Positions 1 to 10,372 of a DNA stretch of 64,000 nt are shown here, one piece after another. Below the pieces are notes generated by a model. It was not told the DNA's origin. It made no database searches and was given only the letters and a program-made list of their open reading frames with translations. The stretch is from a virus: positions 44,592 through 108,591 of IMG/VR virus record IMGVR_UViG_3300042923_001459. One strand, given 5' to 3'. The position numbers and the translations under genes are program-made. Positions within the stretch are counted from its first letter, which is position 1. Each line of letters begins with the position of its first letter.

Positions 1-589
1 TATTGATAGCTTCATCATCTATCTTGCCAGTTGCTACAACAAATATATTGTTAGGTTGGTAAAATTTATTCTTGAAATCAATTAAATCTTGTCTTGATAT
101 CTCAGCAACTTGTTTTGGTGTTCCACCAACTAATTGTCTGCTTGGAAAACTCTTATGCATTGCTGTAAAAAGCATGTCTGTAACATGTGAAGAAGTATCA
201 TCTGAGTACATCTTGAGTTCTTCTTGAATCACCGTTCGTTCCAATTCGACTTCTTCTTCAGGAATAGTAGAATGAAATATGATGTCAGATATTACATCTG
301 CTGCTGTTTTCCAATTTTCCGCTGGCACTGTAGCAAAGTACCTAGTGTGTTGAAAACTTGTCTCAGCATTAATGTAACCGCCTATTGATTCAATTTCTTC
401 CATAATTTGCTGTGAATTGCGTGAATCCGTTCCTTTAAATACCATGTGTTCAATGAAATGAGCGATACCAAATCTATCTGTTTCATCGTATGAACCAACT
501 TTTACATAAATACTAAATGTCATTGTTTTTGCAGACTCGATTTTTTCTGTATAAACATCGAGACCATTTGGAAGTGTTTTCTTTTGCAA
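1..589 (-). CDS. M16 family zinc peptidase (pitrilysin/insulinase-like), 3' end outside window
   Basis: Manual translation from TTG at 589 after AAGGAGG: MQKKTLPNGL...GSYDE...GIAHFIEHMVFKGT (inverted zincin HxxEH)...NAETS...ERTVIQEELKMYSD; not in ORF track because truncated. Confidence 0.9.
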   Translation of the reverse strand, partial: MQKKTLPNGLDVYTEKIESAKTMTFSIYVKVGSYDETDRFGIAHFIEHMVFKGTDSRNSQQIMEEIESIGGYINAETSFQHTRYFATVPAENWKTAADVISDIIFHSTIPEEEVELERTVIQEELKMYSDDTSSHVTDMLFTAMHKSFPSRQLVGGTPKQVAEISRQDLIDFKNKFYQPNNIFVVATGKIDDEAIN

Positions 590-602
590 CGTCGTACCTC
601 CT

Positions 603-1160
603 TTATTTTAATAATCCTTCAATAGTAGATTCAACTTCATTCCAATCCTTAACCCTAATGATTCCTTCTGAAGTAGAATTTTTTCTATTTTTTGGGAGGT
701 CCATGAAGATAGTGGTAATTCCTACTTTATGCATCGATTCAACAACTTTTGGATAATCATCAACAAATGCGTTTAAGTTTAGGTCTTTAGCTAAGTTAGA
801 TTTTTCTTCATCAAAATACAATTCATGATATTTAATTCCATTCTGCTTCAACCAGATTTTTGTTCTCTCTACAGCTGTTAGAGGTCTGGCTGTAATAATG
901 ATAATTTCATGACCTTCATCATACCACTTATTAATTGTTTCTACTGATTTTGGAAATGGACTTAAGTCTTCAAATATTTCATTTCCAAAGTTTTTAAAAA
1001 ATTCATCCATTAGTGATTTTGGTATATCGTATACGTCACTGAGTCTTCCATTAACATCGTTTACTGTAATGTTCTTATTAAATTTTTCGTTTAATAATGG
1101 AAGGTAGTAACTAAAGCTATCGGCTATTGTATCGTCAATGTCAAAACCTAACTTTGCCAA
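603..1160 (-). CDS. HAD-family 5'(3')-deoxyribonucleotidase-like protein
   Basis: N-terminal FDIDDT (DxD), ITAR motif II, FVDD motif IV. Confidence 0.8.
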   Translation of the reverse strand: MAKLGFDIDDTIADSFSYYLPLLNEKFNKNITVNDVNGRLSDVYDIPKSLMDEFFKNFGNEIFEDLSPFPKSVETINKWYDEGHEIIIITARPLTAVERTKIWLKQNGIKYHELYFDEEKSNLAKDLNLNAFVDDYPKVVESMHKVGITTIFMDLPKNRKNSTSEGIIRVKDWNEVESTIEGLLK

Positions 1161-1172
1161 CTTGAAAACCCC

Positions 1173-1586
1173 TTACTCGTTTTGTTTTATATAATCTTCT
1201 AGAATTTTGAATGCTTCTGGGCTTTTATCCTTGTCCTGGATATCGGTGCCTCTGGGAATGTAGATAATGTTTCTACGTTCTGGCTTAAGAGTTTCAATTA
1301 AAACTTCCATTGCTTTGAATGGGTCTCCTTCATCACCACAAGTAAATACATCTGCTGCAGCATAACCAAGCTCTGGATAGGTGTGAATGCTCATATGACT
1401 TTCACTCAATAAAGCTAAGGCTGTTACTCCAAATGGTTTGAATTGATGTGAGGACAAATTCAGCAATGTCATTTTAGCTTCTTCAACCGCTTTCTTGAAT
1501 GTTTCAAGAAAAAGTTCCTCATTATCTAATACTTTAAAATCACAACCGTACATTTCCAATATAACGTGTTTTCCCAGTGACTGCAA
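1173..1586 (-). CDS. speD: S-adenosylmethionine decarboxylase proenzyme
   Basis: GKHVILEMYGC, LLSESHMSIHTYPE self-cleavage motif, DVFTCG. Confidence 0.93.
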   Translation of the reverse strand: MQSLGKHVILEMYGCDFKVLDNEELFLETFKKAVEEAKMTLLNLSSHQFKPFGVTALALLSESHMSIHTYPELGYAAADVFTCGDEGDPFKAMEVLIETLKPERRNIIYIPRGTDIQDKDKSPEAFKILEDYIKQNE

Positions 1587-1823
1587 TTCCAGCCCCCTCC
1601 TTTATAATATGCATTTTTAATTTTTTTTTAAATACCTCACTAACAAAGTGGAATATTTGATCTTTGTTAACGTATTAGAATCTTCTTACTTGAATGATTA
1701 TCAACGCAACATTCTAAGAATAATCAACTGACTAAATATAATAACCAAAGTATGTATTTTTTTTAAATAATTTTTTTTCTAATAGCCAAGTCTGGGTTGC
1801 ATTTTAGAGACGCTAACAAAACA

Positions 1824-1851
1824 AAAAGGTGAGATAAATTCTCACCTTTCA
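1824..1851 (-). terminator. Intrinsic terminator after subtilisin gene
   Basis: AAAGGTGAGA-taaat-TCTCACCTTT hairpin with U-tract on minus strand. Confidence 0.6.
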
Positions 1852-1860
1852 TTTTACAAA

Positions 1861-2787
1861 TTATTTTATGTTATTGAAAGAGAATAATCCATATCCAAAT
1901 TCATTATCTCTACCACTTATTCCTTCATCTTTACTGTTAGCTGCAAGGAATGATAGAACATCATGCGGTTTCATCATTTTACCTGTTTTTTGTAGAGAAT
2001 CAGCTTGAATTAATGCAACAGCACCGGCAATATGAGGACAAGCCATAGAGGTTCCAGATAGACGAGCATATTTTCCATTAGGAAAAGTACTAACCACGTC
2101 AACCCCGGCAGCAGAAACGTCAACCTCTACACTAGTACTAGAAAAAGAACCCTTGTGTTCTATTGAGTCAACGGCTGCAACTGAAATAACTTCATCAAAA
2201 CTTGCAGGATAACCAACTGTATCTTGACCAGCACCTTCATTACCAGCAGCAGCTACCAATACAATTCCAGCATCATATGCTTTTTTAATTGCATTATACA
2301 ATGACGGGATAAAACCTGGAGCTCCGAGACTCATAGAGACAACATGAATTCCATTTTCAATACACCATTCAAGACCTTGAATAATCCATTCTAATGTACC
2401 TTGACCACTGTCACTAAGTACCTTTACAGCATATAACTCAACTTCAGGTGCAACTCCTACAATACCAAGATAGTTTATTGAAGCGCCAATTACTCCAGCA
2501 CAGTGAGTACCATGACCTTGACGATCCATGTAATCATTGATGTCTGAAGTGGTAAAATTAACTCCACCCTTGAATCTGTCTTTTAGATCTTGATGATTGT
2601 AATCAATGCCAGTATCAAGTACAGCAACTTTAATTCCAGCGCCCTTTGTTTTTTCCCATTCTTTTTGAGCGCCAATTAGACGTACACCATATTCAACATT
2701 ATCAATTGCATTAGTTGATGCAGTCTTTAAAAATCCTTCAGCTTCAATAATTTCTAAAACCTTAAAACCAGAAACTTTAAATTCCAT
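1861..2787 (-). CDS. Subtilisin-family (S8) serine protease, intracellular-type
   Basis: VAVLDTG, HGTHCAG, GTSMACPH catalytic motifs; no signal peptide. Confidence 0.95.
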   Translation of the reverse strand: MEFKVSGFKVLEIIEAEGFLKTASTNAIDNVEYGVRLIGAQKEWEKTKGAGIKVAVLDTGIDYNHQDLKDRFKGGVNFTTSDINDYMDRQGHGTHCAGVIGASINYLGIVGVAPEVELYAVKVLSDSGQGTLEWIIQGLEWCIENGIHVVSMSLGAPGFIPSLYNAIKKAYDAGIVLVAAAGNEGAGQDTVGYPASFDEVISVAAVDSIEHKGSFSSTSVEVDVSAAGVDVVSTFPNGKYARLSGTSMACPHIAGAVALIQADSLQKTGKMMKPHDVLSFLAANSKDEGISGRDNEFGYGLFSFNNIK

Positions 2788-2873
2788 TTAAAGCACCTCC
2801 AGTGATTTAAAATACTTAATTCAATGATTAGAATTAAGTATAATAAATATATAAGATGATGTTTAAAAAATAA

Positions 2874-2908
2874 TAAAAGCTTACTCTATTTGAGAGAGTA
2901 AGCTTTTA
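2874..2908 (-). terminator. Intrinsic terminator after terminase gene
   Basis: TAAAAGCTTACTCT...AGAGTAAGCTTTTA long perfect stem. Confidence 0.65.
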
Positions 2909-2920
2909 TACTTGAGGTTA

Positions 2921-4588
2921 TTAAACTCTATACATTCTTCCAGTTGTAGGTCTTGGCATTCTACTTTTTCCACCAAATTCAGCTGCAAAATTAGCTAACG
3001 CATCAGAACAACAAGCATCATCATGTCCACCATTTGGAGCTTCAATTCTTTTATTAACTGTTTGACGAACTTCCATCTCTAAATCTTTCCATTCACCAAT
3101 CATTTTATGATAAAAACCACCTAAATCTCTATTGCCAGTTTTATTAATTACATCTTTAGAAGGATATTTGAACCTTCCAACTTCTATATCATGCTTTATT
3201 TTTGCGAACATAATATTTTTCATATTCATACCAGAACGAGTATAGGAATCAGAAGCATTAAATGTGATACCTTCTAATTGTCTTAACCCATCTTGATCTC
3301 TAAGAATATCAACAATTGGTCTACCTACACCAGTAAAATCAGCAAAAATTGACTCTACTGGAAATTTAGGTCTTGGTCCGCCAAACAATTTTAAAATTTC
3401 TAATCTTTGAGTATTAAAGCTCTCACCATGCATCTCCATAGCAAATACCTTTTCTCTTAATCCATTTGGTTGAACTCTCAATACTGAAATATGAGTATAA
3501 TCGGCACCTGATGCGGCAGAACCTGCAAAGTCAATACCTGCAACGTATTTTTCTCCATAGTTGCCACTTTCTTGCCATTCGTGTTCTCCAGAGATCAATG
3601 TATCCCATTCCGATGTACTTAGGAATTGGCCAGCTCCATCAACAAATTCAAGCATATATTGTGTCTTAAAATCCTCTACTGACATTTCTCCTTCAGTCCA
3701 AACTTCTGGATTTTTAGGGAAATATTGTTGCTTTAAAGGCTTAGGCATCAAACGAAGAACGTAAGCAGAGTATGGTCTCATTTCTTCTGGATTTTTGTAA
3801 TCTGGAAGATAAGTAGCATCCAAAGCCCATAATTGAGGACACTCTGTCCAGTCTTTTCTGATTTGAACAAATCCTTTTGGATTTTTAATTGAATCATATG
3901 CAATACCAGGTTGAAATGATTCCCAGAAATGATTACGAAATTTAGGTGTACCAATTTTAATAATTTTAGCATTTGTTGCACCACCCATCGGAACAATACG
4001 CTCAGATACGGTGTAATTGGAAATTTTTTGTGCTTCATCTAATACAATTATATCAAATGTCAAACCCTCAATATTTGATTGGTCGGAACCAGAAACTGCC
4101 ATTACATAAGAGCCATTGCTAAGTTCAATTTTACCTTTTGTACATTTTACAAGTTTATTGTTGAGTTTTTCTTCATTCATTTGAAAGAAGATAGCTGTAC
4201 GTCCAACATTAAGTTCTGCTTGCTGAATACGAGGGGTAAAGATACCAATTCTCATGTTTGGATAATTATCTAATAGGTAACCGGTAAATGATGCAATTGA
4301 TTCTGTTTTACCAGCTTGTCGAGCCATGAGGGCTGCAACAGAACGAATTTTAGGATTACATACAGCTCTAATTAACTCTACTTGATTAGCATGTAATTTC
4401 TGTTTATTTGGTGGCAAATGAGCTCTAAGAACTCTATGACAATATTCAACTGGATCCATTTTTGTAAGCATTTTTTTAAATATATAGCCACCTAAATCTT
4501 CACCATGAATTTTATTTTGTTTCATAGCATTAAGTTGACCTTGAATAGCATTTGTATCACTTTTAAGTTTCGATATGTCGAAGAACAA
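2921..4588 (-). CDS. terL: Terminase large subunit
   Basis: Walker A ARQAGKT, Walker B IIVLDEAQ, coupling motif GTP, RNase H-fold GIDFA ... DFTGVG ... HDDACCSDALA. Confidence 0.92.
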   Translation of the reverse strand: MFFDISKLKSDTNAIQGQLNAMKQNKIHGEDLGGYIFKKMLTKMDPVEYCHRVLRAHLPPNKQKLHANQVELIRAVCNPKIRSVAALMARQAGKTESIASFTGYLLDNYPNMRIGIFTPRIQQAELNVGRTAIFFQMNEEKLNNKLVKCTKGKIELSNGSYVMAVSGSDQSNIEGLTFDIIVLDEAQKISNYTVSERIVPMGGATNAKIIKIGTPKFRNHFWESFQPGIAYDSIKNPKGFVQIRKDWTECPQLWALDATYLPDYKNPEEMRPYSAYVLRLMPKPLKQQYFPKNPEVWTEGEMSVEDFKTQYMLEFVDGAGQFLSTSEWDTLISGEHEWQESGNYGEKYVAGIDFAGSAASGADYTHISVLRVQPNGLREKVFAMEMHGESFNTQRLEILKLFGGPRPKFPVESIFADFTGVGRPIVDILRDQDGLRQLEGITFNASDSYTRSGMNMKNIMFAKIKHDIEVGRFKYPSKDVINKTGNRDLGGFYHKMIGEWKDLEMEVRQTVNKRIEAPNGGHDDACCSDALANFAAEFGGKSRMPRPTTGRMYRV

Positions 4589-4665
4589 AACAATACACTC
4601 CCTTGTGAATATTTATTAATAAATATAAACACAAGGTACTTTATAATAACAAGAAAAAAGAGAAC

Positions 4666-5409
4666 TCAAACGAGTTCTCTTTCAGTAATTATTTTATCAA
4701 TTTCTCTTTTAATCATAGCAAATACTTCGTCAACTGATTTTTGTTTGCCATTTTTCATTTGATCAATAACGATCCAGTTATCTCTAGTTTTTGCAAAGTC
4801 GAGATAAGTTTCTGATACATTAATTAGAAGTTGATTGTTATTTTCATGAATATCTTCTTTACCTTCTTGATACTCTCGTTTACCACGAGATTCAATTCGC
4901 TCGATAGAAATTGAAGGGTCAACATAAAGATAAAAATTGTAATCAGGCTTCACAACTTTAAGTTCATTGAACTCCATGTCTTCAATCCATCCAATGAATT
5001 CTTGTCTCTCTTCTTTTGATATTTTTTTACCAGCTGTAAAAAGATTAGAGTAAGTATATCTATCAGCCAATACAATATGACCATTTTCAATACTATTTTT
5101 TATTTCATCTCTTAATCTTGCTCTATCTGCAGCATAAGCAATACATATGAGTTCATCAGGGACGCTGTCAATACCACCATATTCGCCCTTGAGGTATGAT
5201 GCAATTACTTTTCCAATTGGACGTTCATATTCAGGAAAAGAAACAATGTGCACTGTATGACCAAGATTTTCAAGATACTTAGCTGTACTTTTAACATGTG
5301 TACCTTTACCCGCTCCATCAATTCCCTCGAATGTAAGAAGTAAGCCTTGTTCTAGACGTTTTTTGTTTTTAAAGAGATTGTAAATTTGTAGCTTACTCAT
5401 TGCTGCCAT
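4666..5409 (-). CDS. tmk: Thymidylate (dTMP) kinase
   Basis: FEGIDGAGKGT P-loop, SFP, LADRY motifs. Confidence 0.9.
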   Translation of the reverse strand: MAAMSKLQIYNLFKNKKRLEQGLLLTFEGIDGAGKGTHVKSTAKYLENLGHTVHIVSFPEYERPIGKVIASYLKGEYGGIDSVPDELICIAYAADRARLRDEIKNSIENGHIVLADRYTYSNLFTAGKKISKEERQEFIGWIEDMEFNELKVVKPDYNFYLYVDPSISIERIESRGKREYQEGKEDIHENNNQLLINVSETYLDFAKTRDNWIVIDQMKNGKQKSVDEVFAMIKREIDKIITERELV

Positions 5410-5413
5410 CCCT

Positions 5414-5713
5414 TCAAACGTTTAATTTTTGTTTGTATTTATTTTTAAGAACAGTATTAAGAGTATCGAAATAGAAACAAGGTTCACCTTTATCGTTTAA
5501 ACCTCTACCCATATAGACAAATTCTTCAACAGTGTTATCTTCAAATTCAATTTTAAATCCTTCTTTGTATAAATAGTCTTCTAATTGATGGAAAACATAA
5601 GTATCTACCGTTTCTGTATCTACTAACACATCACCATTTGGCATAGTGATTTTAGCAATTGAACCAATGCTATCTTGTTCGTTAACAATGAATTCTAAGA
5701 ACTCCATAAACAT
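5414..5713 (-). CDS. Hypothetical protein
   Basis: 99 aa ORF in operon with tmk. Confidence 0.65.
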   Translation of the reverse strand: MFMEFLEFIVNEQDSIGSIAKITMPNGDVLVDTETVDTYVFHQLEDYLYKEGFKIEFEDNTVEEFVYMGRGLNDKGEPCFYFDTLNTVLKNKYKQKLNV

Positions 5714-5793
5714 TCCTCTTTTCTTATTCTTATTTAATTATTATATGAATTATGTATACTCATTTTAAAGGATAATTAAATAAAAAAGACACC

Positions 5794-6495
5794 TTATTCA
5801 TCGGTGCCTTTCAATTTGTTTATTTTGTTAATAAAAGCATTGTTGAAACCAGTCACTTCACGTATCTTGGCTTTACTTAAATCTATTTCACCAATACAAC
5901 TTTTTTGAGCACATTTAATTGTTCCCGTGAAATCCTTATTGATAAGTTCTTTTGTAGCTTTTCTACAGGTTGGGCATCTTACTGATATGAGTTTCACAAT
6001 TGCGTTCCTAGAGAACTTGCCAGCAGTTTCATCTTTATTCTCTTTATTTTCTTCATGATAGAGAAAAGTATTAGTTAAAGACCTTGCTGTTCTCTTTAAA
6101 GTGGTATCAAACAAAGTTTTCAATCTACCTGTATTTTTTACTGGATTTTTTACAACCTCAACTTGATCGTGTTCGTCAACCCACAATAAACCATATCCTT
6201 GTGGTAGTTCTTCTGGTTGAATTAAGTTAGTTGGACACATGATGTATGCATAGTGAGCATGATGAAAATAGGATGTTTTATCTCCAAATAGTTTAGTGTC
6301 TCTCTTATAATCACCTTTTGAAGCTTTTACCTCAATAACCCTAACTTCTCTTCTTTTCAGATTCAAACCAACTGCATCCGCTATACTCCAAGCGTTATTG
6401 AATTCGACCTCGTTAGCTACTAAATCAGTCACTTTACTTTTTAGCCAATGCAATGCTACATATTTAAGGTGCTTGTGTGTTTCTCCCTCAGCCAT
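5794..6495 (-). CDS. PD-(D/E)XK nuclease-like protein (MmcB-like) with C-terminal Cys cluster
   Basis: H..LK, ADAVG, IEVKASKGDYKRD, YIMCP, GYGLL motifs. Confidence 0.65.
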   Translation of the reverse strand: MAEGETHKHLKYVALHWLKSKVTDLVANEVEFNNAWSIADAVGLNLKRREVRVIEVKASKGDYKRDTKLFGDKTSYFHHAHYAYIMCPTNLIQPEELPQGYGLLWVDEHDQVEVVKNPVKNTGRLKTLFDTTLKRTARSLTNTFLYHEENKENKDETAGKFSRNAIVKLISVRCPTCRKATKELINKDFTGTIKCAQKSCIGEIDLSKAKIREVTGFNNAFINKINKLKGTDE

Positions 6496-6572
6496 GAAAT
6501 CGCCTCCTTATATATTCTATTCAAAATTTGCAAACTTTATTACAAAATAAATAAAAAAGGAGCCGAAGCTCC

Positions 6573-6986
6573 TTATTCAAAACCATCTTTTAATTTAGCA
6601 ATTCTTGCTATTTCTACAAAAAGCTTTTTAAATTCATCAAAATCATAGAAAGTATATCTAGCACTGTGTGTTGAAGAATCATGATTGAAATGCGAAGTTT
6701 TAAAATTGGATTTATCTAAATACGATATTAAAGTTCTGTGATCATGTGCATGTTTCATTAAGTAAATAGAAAAGACCAATTTATCTTCATAACAAAACAA
6801 TTCAAACTCAAATATTTTATTTACATTAATTCGTAGATAGGTTAGTGTTTCATCACTGTGAAGTGTCTTCATCGTTACTGGAGCTCCACCAGTTAATTCT
6901 GCCATTACAAGAAATGCGCTTAGAAAATCCTCAAATTCATCCAACATTACAATACTACTCTTTATATGCACCAACGAGTTTTTCAA
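6573..6986 (-). CDS. Hypothetical protein carrying the shared helix motif (start may be 6947)
   Basis: LDEFEDFLSAFLVMAELTG matches motif of the 22-29 kb family. Confidence 0.65.
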   Translation of the reverse strand: MKNSLVHIKSSIVMLDEFEDFLSAFLVMAELTGGAPVTMKTLHSDETLTYLRINVNKIFEFELFCYEDKLVFSIYLMKHAHDHRTLISYLDKSNFKTSHFNHDSSTHSARYTFYDFDEFKKLFVEIARIAKLKDGFE

Positions 6987-7689
6987 TTGCTTTTTTCCTC
7001 GCTTTCATAGATTCCAAATTATCTCTAAGCGTATCAAGCTTTCTTTGAGCCAAATTTACTTTATCTGGTTCAATTTCGTTATCAACGATAATTTTTTGAA
7101 TTTCAATTTCAACTTCTAACTTTGGAATACTTTTGGTTACGTCTTCTAATAAACCTTTTAAAATATAAATCTTTAATTCGTCCATGTTACTCACTTTTTC
7201 TTCGCCACCTTTTGGTAAATTACTTATTCTTTCAATAGTGCTGTTTTCAGAGTTGCGTTGAAACACATAGTGAGGTATTTTTTTAGCCTCATCTTTTTTT
7301 GGTTCAACTTTTTTCTTTTTTAACTCTTTTACAGGAACAACAATATCTTTTGTTTCTTCTTCTAAATCTAATTTTAGATTTATTTTTTCAATATCTAGAC
7401 TTTGTTCTTTAGCTATCACTCTTTCTAACCATTCATCATTGATTGGAGGAAGATCAAGCTCTGCAATAGGGGCATAAACTGTGTCTAGTGTTTTCAATTC
7501 TTCTTCGACGTTAAGTTCAACTTCCTTTTCAACAAATACTTCATCAACTGCAGATTCTTTTTCTGGCTGACTTTCTTCAATCGGAGCTTGTTGTATTGGC
7601 TGTGAGTCATTTATTAACTCAGATTCGCTCTGTTTCCTTGAAGAATTATTATTTAAACGTGGATTATAAGAATTTTTACCCTTGGCCAT
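6955..7689 (-). CDS. Hypothetical charged/coiled-coil protein
   Basis: 244 aa E/K-rich ORF, coupled to neighbours. Confidence 0.7.
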   Translation of the reverse strand: MAKGKNSYNPRLNNNSSRKQSESELINDSQPIQQAPIEESQPEKESAVDEVFVEKEVELNVEEELKTLDTVYAPIAELDLPPINDEWLERVIAKEQSLDIEKINLKLDLEEETKDIVVPVKELKKKKVEPKKDEAKKIPHYVFQRNSENSTIERISNLPKGGEEKVSNMDELKIYILKGLLEDVTKSIPKLEVEIEIQKIIVDNEIEPDKVNLAQRKLDTLRDNLESMKARKKAIEKLVGAYKE

Positions 7690-8554
7690 TATAAAAACCG
7701 TCCTTCATTAGCTTTTTAATAAAGCTATAAAACTCGAGGTCAGTAAATATTTCTCTTGCAGCCTTCCAATTGAGTTGAATTTCACAGTCATCGAAGGTAT
7801 AAGGAACCGGAACATCCCGTCGAATAGTTACAAGTTCTAATGTTTTGCTTGCATTTGGTGCCCAAGCTCTAACATTTTCACCAATTTTACCTTTAATAGC
7901 TCCAGCATTTTCAACAACACCATCAAGAGAACCATATTCTTTAAGAAGTTTGATTCCTGTTTTTTGGCCGCATTTTTCAATACCCTTAACATTATCTCCA
8001 CCATCACCCATTAAAGCTTTAAGTTCTGCAAATTGTTCAACTTTAATATCATACTCAGTTTCAAATGCTTCACGAGTATAAAATTTCATATTAGAAGTAC
8101 CTGTTAATGGAAACATTACTGTTGTGTTATCATCAATCAATTGAAAACTATCTTTATCACCAGTAAAAATATAAGTCTTATCAGCTTCAGTGATATTAGC
8201 ATAAGTACCAAGAACATCATCTGCTTCATAGCCAGGAATGCCAACATGTTTAATGCCAATTAAAGTTAAGATAGATTTAATGTCTTCAAATTGACTATAT
8301 AATCCTTCTGATTTAGAAGAATCACGATTAGCTTTATATGTTTCATCAATACCTGTTCTAAAGTTAGCTTTTCCTACATCCCATCCAATAACAACGTGAG
8401 TAGCTCTTACCATTTTCATAGCACTATCAAGCATTGTGAAAAACCTGTAAGTTCCTCCAGTTTCTCTACCGCCAGAAGTTGTCATTACTGGTGGTACAAA
8501 AGCTCCCCTACAAGCAATTGAGTTACCGTCTACGATTAAAAGTACTTTTTCCAT
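7676..8554 (-). CDS. 5'-3' exonuclease / flap endonuclease (Pol I N-terminal-like)
   Basis: LIVDGNS, YKANR, GYEADDV, TGDKD, LMGDGGDNVKGI (H3TH). Confidence 0.93.
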   Translation of the reverse strand: MEKVLLIVDGNSIACRGAFVPPVMTTSGGRETGGTYRFFTMLDSAMKMVRATHVVIGWDVGKANFRTGIDETYKANRDSSKSEGLYSQFEDIKSILTLIGIKHVGIPGYEADDVLGTYANITEADKTYIFTGDKDSFQLIDDNTTVMFPLTGTSNMKFYTREAFETEYDIKVEQFAELKALMGDGGDNVKGIEKCGQKTGIKLLKEYGSLDGVVENAGAIKGKIGENVRAWAPNASKTLELVTIRRDVPVPYTFDDCEIQLNWKAAREIFTDLEFYSFIKKLMKDGFYNGQG

Positions 8555-8569
8555 TTTTGTATCCTCCAG

Positions 8570-8764
8570 TTAGCTACTTACGATTTCTATATTTTCTTTC
8601 ATCCAAGCAAATACTTTTTCTCTAAATTCCGTATCATTGGGTCCCCATTGAATTGCGAGATTCATAATATCTAACGGAATAGAATCAATAATGTCGTCAA
8701 TTTGATTTTGACTTGGTTTTTCTCCAATAATATCGACAAAACAATCATTAATTGTATTTTTCAT
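8570..8764 (-). CDS. Hypothetical protein
   Basis: Start reassigned to MKNTIND after AAAGGAG, overlapping the nadK stop. Confidence 0.55.
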   Translation of the reverse strand: MKNTINDCFVDIIGEKPSQNQIDDIIDSIPLDIMNLAIQWGPNDTEFREKVFAWMKENIEIVSS

Positions 8765-9546
8765 ACAAATGACTCCTTTACGCGATTCCAAAAAGTATGT
8801 CTTTTGCATCTAGCAAATCTAATCTTCTTATTTGAAACTCTTAATTTCAATTTTGAAAAATTATCAGCTATCACAGTATGGTCTGCACCAAGAACCAACT
8901 CATCGCTATCTCCTTCAATGTGAATTTCTAGAGTGTGATGCTTTGGTAAAATGATAGAAGAACCAATAGTTCTAAACACGTTGTTGTTTACTGACGCCAT
9001 CTCTGATAATTGTATAGCTTCCAATGAAGGATGAACAATTGATCCATTTAGAGCTTTATTGTAAGCAGTACTTCCAGATGGAGTTGATATACATAAACCA
9101 TCACCTCTGAAATTTTCGAAATGATCACCATTGATGTATACACTGCATATTAAAGATTTTTTAGGACTTTTCAAATAAATTTCATTTACAGCCAAGTACT
9201 CAAGTTCTTCTTCACCATCATTAAATGTCAACTCAACAAGTGGATATTCAACAATGGTTGGTTCATCATTGATTAAATGGTTAAGTAGTTCTTCAAAATC
9301 AGCTTGTTTCCAATCAGTATAGAAACCCAAGTGACCAGTATGTAAACCAACAAAAGCTACTTTGTCAAGAGAATCACTATATTTGTGGAATGCATGTAGC
9401 ATAGTTCCATCCCCGCCAATACTCAACACAATATCAGGTGTACCATAAGTTTGCCACCCAGCATATTTTAATCTATCTCTTATGGCATTTGCTAATCCGT
9501 CAGAAAGAATGTCACCACGACTAACAATATCGAATTTTTTAATCAT
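8761..9546 (-). CDS. ppnK: NAD kinase
   Basis: SIGGDGTML, GHLGFY, AVNE, DGLCISTPSGSTAY. Confidence 0.95.
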   Translation of the reverse strand: MIKKFDIVSRGDILSDGLANAIRDRLKYAGWQTYGTPDIVLSIGGDGTMLHAFHKYSDSLDKVAFVGLHTGHLGFYTDWKQADFEELLNHLINDEPTIVEYPLVELTFNDGEEELEYLAVNEIYLKSPKKSLICSVYINGDHFENFRGDGLCISTPSGSTAYNKALNGSIVHPSLEAIQLSEMASVNNNVFRTIGSSIILPKHHTLEIHIEGDSDELVLGADHTVIADNFSKLKLRVSNKKIRFARCKRHTFWNRVKESFV

Positions 9547-9639
9547 TTATCTTTACCTTCCCATCTTTTTTTAATTATTATATGATAAAAAGGGACTGAG
9601 TTTTACTCAATAAAAAAATAGTAGGTTTTATCCTACTAC

Positions 9640-10329
9640 TTAATTGGTGTAATCATAAGTTTCAAAATCAAGTAAGACACCTTTTTTATTTGAAATTGAT
9701 TTTTTACAAGTATCTATTAGTCTTTCTAATGCAGCTTTCATTAATGGTTCTCTACCATATGTACCAAGTTTTGTTTCAATAGCACATAGTACAGTTTCGT
9801 GTATGCCGGATTCCATATAGTTACCGCTTGAATCGAGTATACCTGAATTATTATTGTGTTTGTAACCCATTTTAATTGGGCTTTCACCGAGATTTGGATC
9901 ATATATAACTACTGGAGAAGGGTTGCTTTTTCCTGCATTCCATCCCTCTTGAGATTTAGTAAATAACATAACAAACGTCCATTCATTTGACCACTTACTC
10001 AAAATATCTTCCAATTCATCTAGAAGAGATTTAGTTTTATCGAAATCAACGTAGACGTCATTGTTGGCGGTGTACATAAAGGTTGGATACTTACTACCCA
10101 TTAACCTCAAATTATCAAGACCTTTAGCATTACCGCCACCAATGATGTGTTCTAAATTATACCAAATGGTATCCATTAGATTATAGAGAAGTGGTGGTGA
10201 AATCGTAATTTTTTCCCATAGCTGATTGTCAATTTCATCAGCAATTCTAGCCATGTTAGCGCGAATATCACGATCTTGAATTCCTTCATCTCTTAGCATT
10301 TTTAAAATCTTACTCGTAAAATCTTCCAT
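9640..10329 (-). CDS. Hypothetical protein
   Basis: 229 aa ORF. Confidence 0.7.
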   Translation of the reverse strand: MEDFTSKILKMLRDEGIQDRDIRANMARIADEIDNQLWEKITISPPLLYNLMDTIWYNLEHIIGGGNAKGLDNLRLMGSKYPTFMYTANNDVYVDFDKTKSLLDELEDILSKWSNEWTFVMLFTKSQEGWNAGKSNPSPVVIYDPNLGESPIKMGYKHNNNSGILDSSGNYMESGIHETVLCAIETKLGTYGREPLMKAALERLIDTCKKSISNKKGVLLDFETYDYTN

Positions 10330-10372
10330 ACTAAGGACACAAAAATCGTATCCTCACACCTTCCTTTCTCTT

